NCBI GenBank assembly: GCA_051439425.1
Contig: JBFRWD010000080.1
Span: forward strand, 1 to 35,607
Length of the DNA: 35,607 nucleotides
Direction: 5' to 3'
From: Synechococcus sp.
Lineage (GTDB): Bacteria; Cyanobacteriota; Cyanobacteriia; Thermostichales; PCC-7336
Each line of letters starts with the position of its first letter. The first letter of the stretch is position 1. Position numbers and translations under genes: made by a program. Positions 8,719 through 18,030 of the stretch are shown here, in pieces. The notes under the pieces were generated by a model. That model made no database searches and was not told where the DNA came from. It saw nothing but the letters and a program-made list of their open reading frames with translations.

Positions 8719-9831
8719 TCAGGCAGAGCGCTGTAGCCATTGCTCCAAGAGCGGGAAAATTTTTTGGTTGGCTACAGGGAATGCATAATCCTTCAATTGA
8801 TCGAACGTTACCCAACGAACGTCGTCCACCTCCAGAGTCTGGGGCTCACCCGATAGGTGGCGACAGATAAACGTGCTCAGAGTAACGGAGAAATGGCTAT
8901 AGGCATGATCGACTGTCCCCAACTCTGCGATCGCCTCTACCTCCAGCCCCACTTCCTCTTTAACTTCCCTGATCGCGCAGGCTTCTGCAGTTTCCCCTGC
9001 TTCGATTTTTCCGCCAGGAAATTCCCATAAGCCTCCCAACATGCCTTGCTCGGGTCGCTGGTCGATGAGTAGCAAGTCGTTTTTCATCACAATCGCAACA
9101 GCAATCTGCTTGTGGGGCCGCTCGGATTTAGGAGATTTCATCGGATAGCGATCCTGTTGTTGGGTCTTGAAGGCGATGCAGTGGGATTGCCAAGGACAGC
9201 GCGGACAGTCCGGCTGGCGAGGACGACAGAGGGTGGCCCCCAAGTCCAGCAGTGCTTGGTTATAGTCGCGGGGATTATCGGGATCGATCAGAGCTTCCGA
9301 CAGTTGCCACAACTGGTTCAGAGCTTTTGCTGGGGGCTTGGGTAGAGCACTCAAACGAGCCAATACTCGTTTGACATTACCATCCAGAATTGCAGCGGGC
9401 AGGTTGAACGCCGAGCTCAGAATCCCGCCTGCAGTAGTGCGTCCAATACCGGGGAGTTGGATGGCACCTTCCAGATGTCTAGGAAATTGACTGTCGTATT
9501 GGTCAACCACCACCTGAGCAGCACGATGGAAGTTACGGGCACGACTGTAATAGCCCAATCCTTCCCATTGCTTGAGAACGAGATCGCGGGGGGCAGCGGC
9601 TAAATCTGCCACCGTCGGAAATGCCTCTAGCCAGCGTTGGTAATAGGGCAGCACCGTTTTCACCTGCGTTTGCTGCAGCATGACCTCGGACACCCAAATG
9701 GCATAGGGATCTTGAATATTTCTCCAGGGGAGCGATCGCCCTTCGCGGGCGTACCAGTCTAGTAACTGGCGGCGCATAGTTGGGTATGGAAGGCCGGTCG
9801 CGGTTGGGGGATTAGTGGTTTTGCGGCTCAC
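8719..9831 (-). CDS. mutY: A/G-specific adenine glycosylase MutY with C-terminal MutT/Nudix domain
   Basis: WVSEVMLQQTQV, WEGLGYYSRARN, HhH LPGIGRTTAG, DGNVKRV, 4Fe-4S motif C-x6-C-x2-C-x5-C, and a complete Nudix box. Confidence 0.95.
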   Translation of the reverse strand: MSRKTTNPPTATGLPYPTMRRQLLDWYAREGRSLPWRNIQDPYAIWVSEVMLQQTQVKTVLPYYQRWLEAFPTVADLAAAPRDLVLKQWEGLGYYSRARNFHRAAQVVVDQYDSQFPRHLEGAIQLPGIGRTTAGGILSSAFNLPAAILDGNVKRVLARLSALPKPPAKALNQLWQLSEALIDPDNPRDYNQALLDLGATLCRPRQPDCPRCPWQSHCIAFKTQQQDRYPMKSPKSERPHKQIAVAIVMKNDLLLIDQRPEQGMLGGLWEFPGGKIEAGETAEACAIREVKEEVGLEVEAIAELGTVDHAYSHFSVTLSTFICRHLSGEPQTLEVDDVRWVTFDQLKDYAFPVANQKIFPLLEQWLQRSA

Positions 9832-9895
9832 ACATTATTTGGGGCTGCGGGGTGACTGTCATGATACGGCGGGTTGGGGAGATGGAGTGGAGTTC

Positions 9896-9949
9896 TTTGT
9901 CACTGGTCATTAGTCACTTCACTGGTCATTGGACATTGGTTACTGGTTG
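9896..9949. repeat. STRR-like heptamer tandem repeat ((T/C)T(G/T/A)GTCA)
   Basis: tttgtca ctggtca ttagtca … ctggtca ttggaca ttggtta in the mutY/thyX divergent gap; resembles the cyanobacterial STRR TT(G/T)GTCA. Confidence 0.6.
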
Positions 9950-10088
9950 TGATGGTGATTAGGGGGCAAGAGCAACAACCTGAGAAAAAAATGCTAAGAA
10001 CTGTTCCTCTCTGAAAAATCTGGCTGACAATCGAGCCACTGCAGCTAAAGGCTGGTTGGTTCTCTCGGTCGTCTTGGTGAGGCTAGCG

Positions 10089-10907
10089 ATGCAATCCGTA
10101 CAAGTTGGAACTTCTTTTGAGAGCAATAGCGTTAACGAGCAAGGGGGGAACCTGCATATCGATCCCAAGTTCCAAGTCACGGTGCTCAATGCCACCCCCG
10201 ATCCCGAACGGGTGATGTATCAGGCAATGCACCAGGATTACTCACCGGAATACATTTCCCCCCAGTCCAGCTTGCCGGATAACTATGGTGAAGTTGTTGT
10301 TAAACGCTTGATTGAGGGAAATCGCGGACATTACGGTCCCCTAGAACATCCACAAATCACTCTGGGGGTGGGCTACTTCCCGCACACCGTCATGCAACAG
10401 GCCCGCACCCATCGCGTGGGAGTCTCGTTTGATGTTCAGAGCTTTCGCTATACCGGAGCACAGGTTGCAGAGCTAGGTAAATCGCTCAAGGAAGGCGTGG
10501 CAGATGAGCGAGCTGCAATTGATGAACTGTTTTATATCCCCCAAACAATTAAGGACGGACAAGCAAAGACGCGGCAGGGAATGGTGCCCATTTCATCTGA
10601 GGCGCTCAAAATTGTTTTAGAACAATATCGGCAACAGGCGATCGCTTACTACCGCCTAGTCGAAGAATGTGGCGTGCCTTACGAAGATGCCAGAAATGTA
10701 ATTGGATACGGTATTCGTCAGCATTTTGTGGTGTCTTTCAACGCCCGTAGTTTGATGCACTTTCTCGATCTACGAGCCAAAGCAGATGCCCAAGGGGAAA
10801 TTCGCCAGTTGTGCGATTTAATGCTGCCCCATTTTCAAGAGTGGTGCCCGCATGTAGCTGCTTGGTACGTTCAAAATCGCTGGGGCAAGGCGCGCCTGTC
10901 TCCCTAA
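10089..10907 (+). CDS. thyX: FAD-dependent thymidylate synthase ThyX
   Basis: GHYGPLEHPQIT, QQARTHRVGVSFDVQSFRY, RQHFVVSFNARSLMHFLDLR and the cyanobacterial GKARLSP C-terminus. ATG 10089 preferred over the track's 10056. Confidence 0.93.
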   Translation: MQSVQVGTSFESNSVNEQGGNLHIDPKFQVTVLNATPDPERVMYQAMHQDYSPEYISPQSSLPDNYGEVVVKRLIEGNRGHYGPLEHPQITLGVGYFPHTVMQQARTHRVGVSFDVQSFRYTGAQVAELGKSLKEGVADERAAIDELFYIPQTIKDGQAKTRQGMVPISSEALKIVLEQYRQQAIAYYRLVEECGVPYEDARNVIGYGIRQHFVVSFNARSLMHFLDLRAKADAQGEIRQLCDLMLPHFQEWCPHVAAWYVQNRWGKARLSP

Positions 10908-10948
10908 GAGCTAGCCTTTATCCAGTGGTAACGGCTACTTGTAATGTT

Positions 10949-10978
10949 GGGCTAGTGGAGTCGAACCTCCGCTAGCCC
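10949..10978 (+). terminator. Strong hairpin downstream of thyX (terminator or stabiliser; no U-tract)
   Basis: GGGCTAGTGGAG-TCGAAC-CTCCGCTAGCCC: 12-bp stem with one G-U pair. Confidence 0.45.
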
Positions 10979-11140
10979 TCGTTCGTGAATGCGCTATTCG
11001 AGAGGGCCTTTCCTGCCAACAGCAATTGGCCTCTTTCGCTTCCGATCGGTCTGCGTATACATTAAGGGACAAGTTTGTGCCCTCAGTTAGCCTGGTCTGA
11101 GCATTGCGAACTGGAGCACTCGATACCGGGAGAAAAATGT

Positions 11141-12439
11141 ATGGGACTGTGGCCCATTGTCTGGAATGTTCTACGCTCGCCCTCTGCTAGCGCCCCCAAA
11201 CGCACGTATCTAGCAGCCACTAACAACAACGTTATCTCTGGCGACACCGATCTCACCATCGAGGGTCATCCCCGCGTCGACTCTTTATCATCAGACCGTT
11301 GGAAGCTGCCTGTTCTCTTTCTCAAGGGCACTGACTACGAGATTGGATTACAACATGGACGCATTCTTAAAACCGAAATTCAGGCATTGACCCGAAACTT
11401 TTTCGACGCCTTTGCCCAGGGTGCCGGAAAGCTCTTCTACGACTACATTGCTCCCAGTCGCCTTTATCACCTATTTAAAGCAGTACCGCAGCACTATCAG
11501 GCAGAATTACACGGAATGGCAGACGGAGCCGAACTGCCGCTGTCCTCAATTTTGTTGATTAACTTCTTTGACGACATTCTTAATCTGCTGGAGTTGGGGT
11601 GGGCCTATTCCTGTTCCACAGTAGCGGCCAAAGGTGCAGGCGCTCGTACCCTGATGGGTCGCAATCTGGATTACAACGGCGATGTAGGCAACTTGGTGCG
11701 CAACTACCAAGCGATTGTCGTGCGCCAGCCTCACAATGCTCCGGCTACAGCCAGCGTTACCGTGGCGGGCCAGGTGGGAATTCTCACCGGAATGAATCAA
11801 CACGGACTGAGCCTGGGGTCTATGACCTCCCAAAGCACCGAGCAAGACTGGAATGGTTTGGGATGCTCTATTCTTTACCGCCTCATGCTCGATCGCACCT
11901 CAAACGTGTCAGAGGCGATAACACTATTCCAGGACTCCACTCCCGCCCAGGGAAATAATTTAATGTTGGCGGATGCCAATGCAGGGGCTCGGTTGGAGTT
12001 CACCAGTGCCCGCCATCGGATTACTCACCTCGCCCAACAACCATTGGGAATGAGCAATCATTTCTTAGATCCAGAATTGGCCGCCACCCATTCTGAGCTG
12101 TACCACCGCATTACCGCCCCAGGATCTCAGTCCCGCTACAGTCGCCTATGCGAGTGGAGTACCAACGTGTCCACAAGCGATATGGATAATATTGATATTG
12201 CCAACATCACTGCAGCCATGACCGATCGCCAAATCAATCCGGACTACCCTCTGGGCGATCGCGAAGCGTGGCAGACAGCTGGAGTCGTCAATAATCAAGG
12301 CACGCTGCACAGCGTTATCTTCGATCCCAAACATCACACCATGCACGTAGCCGTCGGGTTAGGAGACGCGGCGATCGAGACTTCCGACTTTGTTGCCTTT
12401 CAACCGTTCGAATCATTCTCCCGGCAAGCTGTGGCCTGA
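11141..12439 (+). CDS. C45-family autoproteolytic Ntn-hydrolase (acyl-CoA:6-APA acyltransferase/NAAA-like)
   Basis: GTDYEIGLQHG, ELHGMADGA, Cys nucleophile in YSCST, GRNLDY, GILTGMN, SNHF. ATG 11141 follows GGGAG. Confidence 0.85.
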   Translation: MGLWPIVWNVLRSPSASAPKRTYLAATNNNVISGDTDLTIEGHPRVDSLSSDRWKLPVLFLKGTDYEIGLQHGRILKTEIQALTRNFFDAFAQGAGKLFYDYIAPSRLYHLFKAVPQHYQAELHGMADGAELPLSSILLINFFDDILNLLELGWAYSCSTVAAKGAGARTLMGRNLDYNGDVGNLVRNYQAIVVRQPHNAPATASVTVAGQVGILTGMNQHGLSLGSMTSQSTEQDWNGLGCSILYRLMLDRTSNVSEAITLFQDSTPAQGNNLMLADANAGARLEFTSARHRITHLAQQPLGMSNHFLDPELAATHSELYHRITAPGSQSRYSRLCEWSTNVSTSDMDNIDIANITAAMTDRQINPDYPLGDREAWQTAGVVNNQGTLHSVIFDPKHHTMHVAVGLGDAAIETSDFVAFQPFESFSRQAVA

Positions 12440-12618
12440 ACGAACCGCTATCTAAGCTAATCATCGCATTAAGCATCATCGAAACCGAACATCACGAAAC
12501 AACCGAGACGCACCCTAGAGTCAGGTCGTCCCCATAGCGCTGGCAGCGCTACACTAACCACATCCGTCCCAACTCATTCTCAGAAATACTCCGAGAATCT
12601 CCCCCCCAATCTCCGCTT

Positions 12619-12996
12619 GTGAACGCACTATCTCTACCCACTTGGTTCATCCATATCGCGAGTGTCGTGGAATGGATTGCCGCCATTTTCTTGGTGTGGC
12701 GCTATGCCGACAGTATCTCCGTGCCTGCTTGGCGCTACCTGTCTTGGGGCATGGTACCCGCGTTGATTGGAGCAATGTCGGCGGTCACTTGGCACTTTTT
12801 CGACAACCTGCCCGATCTGGAGTGGATTGTCACCCTCCAGGCCAGCATGACGCTACTAGGCAACTGCACAATGGCCCTGGCAGCCTTCCTGATTTGGAAA
12901 CAGTCTCGCACCGACAATGCTGGCGCTACCAATTTTGGAGAGTCCAATACTGAAGGGTCAATCGACAACGATCCATCCATTGTTGACACGATCTGA
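12619..12996 (+). CDS. ycf49: Ycf49/DUF2499 membrane protein
   Basis: ALSLPTWFIHIASVVEW…MVPALIGAMSAVTWHFFDN…LQASMTLLGNCT is characteristic of the family. Confidence 0.88.
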   Translation: MNALSLPTWFIHIASVVEWIAAIFLVWRYADSISVPAWRYLSWGMVPALIGAMSAVTWHFFDNLPDLEWIVTLQASMTLLGNCTMALAAFLIWKQSRTDNAGATNFGESNTEGSIDNDPSIVDTI

Positions 12997-13070
12997 ACAT
13001 GCTGACGCGGGCTGAACATGCTGACGCGAGCTGAATATGCTGAAGTGAATATGCTGACGCGTGTTGAATA
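12993..13070. repeat. Imperfect 19-bp tandem repeat (CTGAA(C/T)ATGCTGACGCG(G/A/T)G), ~4 copies
   Basis: Units at 12993, 13012, 13031 (truncated) and 13045; no spacers. Confidence 0.85.
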
Positions 13071-13158
13071 GTCAGAAGAGCTCGAACGTTGGCAACGAGT
13101 TGGTGGATATAGTTGGGGTGAAACTGCCTTCAAAGGTATGCATTTTAGGAGCAGCAGT

Positions 13159-13761
13159 ATGACATTCGGCGATCCTTACACGATCGATCGCTCTCGCCGC
13201 GATTTCGCCCCTGGGGTGTCCCAGTTATTCACAGAGCGCTGGTCGCCGCGAGCCTTTCGCAAAGTAGACATTCCAGCCGACACCCTAACCGCGATTTTTG
13301 ACGCTGCCCGCTGGTCCCCCTCCTGCTTCAACGACCAACCCTGGATTTTCTTCACATCTACTGACCAAGCCTCGTTCGATCGCTATCTCGGCTTGATCGT
13401 TGAAGGCAACCGCGCCTGGGCCAGAAATGCCAGCATACTGGGGTTTGCGATCGCCCGCCGTCATTTCGCACATAATGGCACTCCCAATGACTGGGCAGCC
13501 TTCGATACTGGGGCAGCCTGGATGGCCATGACGCTTCAGGCCCGCCAGTACGGCTTGTATACCCATGGCATGGGGGGAATTCATAAGGACGCTGTCTACA
13601 ACCAACTTGAAATCGATCGCGAAAAGTACGAAGTAATATGCGGATTCGCGATCGGTGCCCTCGATGTGCCCGACACCCTCCCCCGAGACTTACGCGAGCG
13701 GGAGGTGCTCTCGCAACGCAACCCCCTCTCAAGCATGTGGAATCCGACCGACCTGAGCTAG
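13159..13761 (+). CDS. Nitroreductase family protein
   Basis: ERWSPRAF, AARWSPSCFNDQPW, FDTGAAW, LYTHGMGG. AGGAG RBS before ATG 13159. Confidence 0.92.
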   Translation: MTFGDPYTIDRSRRDFAPGVSQLFTERWSPRAFRKVDIPADTLTAIFDAARWSPSCFNDQPWIFFTSTDQASFDRYLGLIVEGNRAWARNASILGFAIARRHFAHNGTPNDWAAFDTGAAWMAMTLQARQYGLYTHGMGGIHKDAVYNQLEIDREKYEVICGFAIGALDVPDTLPRDLREREVLSQRNPLSSMWNPTDLS

Positions 13762-13859
13762 CAACAACCAAAATCTCGCGTATCGAGAATACGCGGGCTT
13801 GAAAGTCTTGTCTTGAATTCTGTCGCCTTGAACCTTGTTGTCTTGAAATTAACTCTATT

Positions 13860-14222
13860 ATGTCGTCCGCCAAAAATGTCTTGGGTACCGATCTCTCCCC
13901 CTGCTGTACATCACCGATGACTGGATTTTATCGAGATGGATTTTGCAATACTGGGGCGGGCGATTTTGGGGCTCACGTGGTGTGCGCCGTGATGACAACC
14001 GAATTTTTGGCCTATACCAAAGCTCAGGGGAACGATCTCAGTACTCCGGTTCCCGCGTATCAATTTCCGGGATTGAAAGCAGGCGATCGCTGGTGTTTGT
14101 GCGCCTCCCGCTGGAAACAAGCCCTAGATGATGGTGTCCCCCCTAAGGTAGTGCTGGAGGCAACCCATGCGTCCACAGTAGAGTACGTCACCTTAAGCGA
14201 TCTGCAAGCTCACGCTCTTTAA
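13860..14222 (+). CDS. DUF2237 family protein
   Basis: NVLG…PMTGFYRDGFC…H.VCA.MT.EFL…GNDLSTP.P…FPGLK.GDRWCLCA.RW. Confidence 0.92.
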   Translation: MSSAKNVLGTDLSPCCTSPMTGFYRDGFCNTGAGDFGAHVVCAVMTTEFLAYTKAQGNDLSTPVPAYQFPGLKAGDRWCLCASRWKQALDDGVPPKVVLEATHASTVEYVTLSDLQAHAL

Positions 14223-14274
14223 GATCGAAAACTCTACCGAGGGATTTGCTTGGCTCTGTCTGTCGGTGGAGTTC

Positions 14275-15291
14275 CTACTGCAGAATCAACACCGAGACCC
14301 CCTGATTGCGCAGGTTGTCAGCCATGTGTCTGGCGTATTCGAGTTGATCGAACGCGGCAAGCTGGACGTAGGTTTCGCCATCTAACTGCTTGATAAACGC
14401 CCCCCGAGAATATTTCCTTGCTTGTGACAGGCTGTTGTCCCCTTGATAGGCCATCAGCACTAAATAACTCCCTTCTCCAAAGCTTGGCCCCAAATCCAAA
14501 CGCGGGGATGTCGTCCTCGCCTCAGCCACATTGGAGCTTTCTACGATCTCGCGATCGCTGGTGTTGCGATCTCTAGTGTTGCGATCGCTGTTATGGCGGT
14601 CTAGGTGCCGCTCTGAAAAGGAATCCTCAGTAGCAGAATCTTCAGGAAAGAACTGGCGTGACGTCGACACCTCTGGAGAGGATATAGGGCTATCCCACAG
14701 ATCGCTCTGTCGCACATTGGGATTCACTGCGATCGCCCCATCGCGAGACAGAATCTCGCTCTCTCTAGATGGCCGGCTTGACTCGTCTCTAGCGCGATCG
14801 TAGGCATCTAAATCGGCCGTAATGTGGGAGGAGCGCACTCTACTTGTGGCGGACGGATCGACTGGAATGAGCGGCATCTCGGTTAGGGGGATTCCCAGTG
14901 GGCCACTCTCTTCTCCACCAGTCTCTCGGCCATCGCTCGGTGTGGAAGCACGAACTTCGGGGGAATTCAGCCCGGCCCCTTCCAGCTCCGTGCGTCCAGA
15001 GCTAGAACCATTAATGACAGACTCGGGACCGCTGCGATCGCCCTCAATTTGGGCAATTTCAATCGGTTCGGTGTTGCGCTCGCGAGAGGCTGTGGGAGAA
15101 ACGGGGGACATTAGCCAGGAAAACGCCAGTCCAATCCCTACACAAGCTCCTCCTAGACCTAGGGCTGCAACCCATGGGAACCATTGGTTCCCTTCTCCAA
15201 GCCCGTCGTTATACATATCCATATCTTCCAGATAGGTATACTCAGTGTCCGGCTCGGAAGCGGAATGACGAGGATCGCGAGATTGAAACAT
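14275..15291 (-). CDS. Membrane-anchored protein with disordered linker and C-terminal SPOR-like domain
   Basis: One TM helix (WVAALGLGGACVGIGLAFSWL), an S/R/E-rich linker, and C-terminal YVQLAAF…ARHMADNLRNQG. Confidence 0.7.
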   Translation of the reverse strand: MFQSRDPRHSASEPDTEYTYLEDMDMYNDGLGEGNQWFPWVAALGLGGACVGIGLAFSWLMSPVSPTASRERNTEPIEIAQIEGDRSGPESVINGSSSGRTELEGAGLNSPEVRASTPSDGRETGGEESGPLGIPLTEMPLIPVDPSATSRVRSSHITADLDAYDRARDESSRPSRESEILSRDGAIAVNPNVRQSDLWDSPISSPEVSTSRQFFPEDSATEDSFSERHLDRHNSDRNTRDRNTSDREIVESSNVAEARTTSPRLDLGPSFGEGSYLVLMAYQGDNSLSQARKYSRGAFIKQLDGETYVQLAAFDQLEYARHMADNLRNQGVSVLILQ

Positions 15292-15764
15292 AGACTAACG
15301 CCGCATGATGACAAGAGAAAACTGCCGATATCGGCTAAATCGTGACTCGGCACATGTTGCCGTTGGAAAACGCAGCTATCTTTCCCACACTTCGCGCAAC
15401 CAGAGCGCTAGCTTGACGAGAAATCAACCACAGTTGGAGTCGGTAATAATCAGACAAATAACTACATGATTGCAGAGATTTATCCAATGTTTAGAGCGAT
15501 CCCAACCTCATTCAACACTCAATACACAAGGTGCAAGGAAGTCGGGCTGAGAGAATGGTTAGCTGAGAGGATATCGGGCCGACAGTAGTTTCGGTACGAT
15601 TCCTTTCAGAAAACACGATCCCGCAAGAAGTATAAAGGTATGTCACGGTAAGCCCACAATCGGTGGACGCGAATTCCAAAGCACGCACATGCGCACTCTT
15701 TTGCCTCAACGATAGCGCAGGCACCAAGACTATCGGCTTGATAGACAGTGCGCATAACAGTGAA

Positions 15765-15786
15765 CCCGCTCTCATACGAGAGCGGG
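15765..15786 (-). terminator. Hairpin downstream of the DUF3386 gene
   Basis: CCCGCTCTC-ATAC-GAGAGCGGG: perfect 9-bp stem ~90 nt past the stop. Confidence 0.5.
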
Positions 15787-15878
15787 ACTAGGGCTCTTGC
15801 AACAGCGAAACTAGCTCTTGAGAACGTGAAATAGGTCTTACTCTCGCAGCCCGACTACTTCGCAAGACAAGTTCAAAC

Positions 15879-16526
15879 TTAAGCAGTCAAAAGCTGAACG
15901 TTTGAAAACGTCAGATTGGTAACCTCTTTCTCCTCTCCCGCTCCTGACTGGATGTTGCGTCCGGTGAGCACATAGTAATCACCAACCAGCTCGAAGGTGT
16001 CGACAAACGCTTTGCTTTGCCCCTTTACTTCTTGGGTCTCAGCATCCAGATAGATAGAGTCGTAATGGGTGGCTAAATACCCCCGGTCGGTGTTTTGTAC
16101 CTGGTGGGTGTGAATGTTGACGATGACATCGCGAATTTGGCGATGAACGAAGCAAACAGTACGATCGCGAACTTTATAGAGATTGCCGTGAGCTTTTCCG
16201 CTGACCAAAATGTTAACGGCACCAGATTCGTCCGTATCTCCCAATTCAAATGTATTCTCGCCGTGGGTTTTCTCAAAGCCGTGATTAACGCGGTGAATGG
16301 TCATCTCCCATAGCTGTCCTTCAATCATTTTTGCGGCAGCCGTGTCGTCAACTCCCGAGACTTCGTAACTGAGGTCGGCACCAACGCGAACGCTACCGGA
16401 ATGCTCTTGACCCGCTAGGGTGAGCGTCACATCGGCGATAAACCCTGGAAAATTTGAATCCCAAGTGTAGCGATTCTCGTAGGCTTCTTTAAAAATTTCG
16501 CGGGCATTTGCTGCAGTTGCAACCAT
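15879..16526 (-). CDS. DUF3386 family protein
   Basis: AREIFKEAYENRYTWDSNFPGF…IHRV…FEKTHGENTF. ATG 16526 follows GGAG. Confidence 0.85.
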   Translation of the reverse strand: MVATAANAREIFKEAYENRYTWDSNFPGFIADVTLTLAGQEHSGSVRVGADLSYEVSGVDDTAAAKMIEGQLWEMTIHRVNHGFEKTHGENTFELGDTDESGAVNILVSGKAHGNLYKVRDRTVCFVHRQIRDVIVNIHTHQVQNTDRGYLATHYDSIYLDAETQEVKGQSKAFVDTFELVGDYYVLTGRNIQSGAGEEKEVTNLTFSNVQLLTA

Positions 16527-16672
16527 GGTTTCGGAGTCTCCAAACACTTAAATTAAATGGGTCTGTGACGGGATATTCCCTGCAGCTACAAAATGAAGGG
16601 CAGCTGCTTATCGATTCTAGTGTGGCGCGCACATTCATTCATCTGATGTGGCGCTCGGCTGATTTTTGATAC

Positions 16673-17815
16673 TTAGCCCTGAGATTGCTGAGAATCCGGG
16701 GGATTTTGATCGTGCATCATGCGATCGATGCGCTCGGGTAAAGGCTGATTGACTTGCAGGCTGCGAATGACACTGTTGAACTGCTGCAAACTTTCTAGGC
16801 TCAATCGCGACTCGCGGACTTTGTGGAACACCGAACGCGACATTAACAACGTCCGCTCCATATCAGTAGCCCCAATCTTCATCAGAAACTCTTCCCGCTC
16901 TGGCTGATAGTCCGCCGATGTCACGTACAGCGACTGCGGGGGACATTGCTGGGCCAGTTTGGCCATCTTGCCCACTAGTTCGGGGTATAGCCAGGTATAG
17001 GCAGGATGGACGGTAAGTTGAGCAACGTGGGGTTGATTGCCGGTGTGGGATAGCTTCAGGTTGAAATAGCCGATCGCGCACTTGCGCTCGGGTTCGTACA
17101 CGTAAGCCCGCACTCGCTCAGTATTGCTGACCGACTGCTTGAGGCTGTCGATCGACGTGGCAAACAGGCTGCGGTTAAAGTCACTGGCGGCGCGATCGTA
17201 AATCTGTCGCACTTGCGGCGGCATCGACGCCGTGTCCAGTTGATAGATTAGATAGGCGTCACCGTTACTAACCGGCTTGAAATTGAGTGGGGAAACCTCT
17301 TCCTGAGACAGTTCCACCAAGGTGGAGGGATCGATCGACCAGTAGGTCAGTTCTGCTAACTGCTGGAAACCGTTGCGCCGATACAACGCCATCGCCCCTT
17401 TGTTGTGGATGTTCACTTCCAACATCCATGTGCGGGCTTCGCGAAAGTGATCGGCACAGTGGCGAATCAGCTTGGAACCAATGCCCTGACGCTGGGCTTT
17501 GCTAGACACAGCCACGTGATCGATGCGCCAGGTGGTGCGGTTTTGATTGAAGGGAGACACCTGAACCATGCCGAGAATCTCGCCATCTCGCTCGGCCACA
17601 TGGACGGTGAACATGTGCTGGAAGCGATTGGGAAATACGCTCAGTACCTTGAGAGGGGCAAACCAGCGGCGAATGCGGCGAATCTGAGCGGCAATATCCA
17701 CCGAGCGGCTACCGTACTCATCAGCAAATGCCTCTTCGAACAGTGCCTCGATCGCCTCTAGATCGCCGTAGCGAACCGGGCGAATGTGAATTTCATTCAA
17801 AGCAGTGTCAGACAT
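16673..17815 (-). CDS. Conserved cyanobacterial GNAT N-acetyltransferase (tandem-fold)
   Basis: QVSPFN..RTTWR, QRQGIGSKL, LEVN..NKGAMALYRRNGFQ, LTVHPAYTWLYPEL, ADYQPERE. Confidence 0.88.
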   Translation of the reverse strand: MSDTALNEIHIRPVRYGDLEAIEALFEEAFADEYGSRSVDIAAQIRRIRRWFAPLKVLSVFPNRFQHMFTVHVAERDGEILGMVQVSPFNQNRTTWRIDHVAVSSKAQRQGIGSKLIRHCADHFREARTWMLEVNIHNKGAMALYRRNGFQQLAELTYWSIDPSTLVELSQEEVSPLNFKPVSNGDAYLIYQLDTASMPPQVRQIYDRAASDFNRSLFATSIDSLKQSVSNTERVRAYVYEPERKCAIGYFNLKLSHTGNQPHVAQLTVHPAYTWLYPELVGKMAKLAQQCPPQSLYVTSADYQPEREEFLMKIGATDMERTLLMSRSVFHKVRESRLSLESLQQFNSVIRSLQVNQPLPERIDRMMHDQNPPDSQQSQG

Positions 17816-18030
17816 AGTGGCAAACCGGTGGCAAGAAAGAAAACTAGGCTGAAAAGGTTCGATGGCAACCCGAGCAAGTCATGCATCTCCCCAATCAACA
17901 GTACCCAGAGGTAACGATATCAAGAGACATTGGAGTTGGTCGGGTCTACTCGAACAAGCGCTAGAACTAACCTTAGCGGTCAAGCTCAAGTAAGAGGTCA
18001 AGCTCAAGGACCAGTGACTCAAGTAGTCAC

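Noticed and set aside
10089..10907. Intein in ThyX
   Set aside because: Length is normal and there are no intein splice motifs.
10949..10978. tRNA fragment (minus strand contains GGTTCGACTCC)
   Set aside because: No cloverleaf, D-arm or anticodon arm; a simple hairpin explains it.
12993..13070. Possible mini-CRISPR array
   Set aside because: Units are contiguous 19-mers with no unique spacers, and there are no cas genes in the window.
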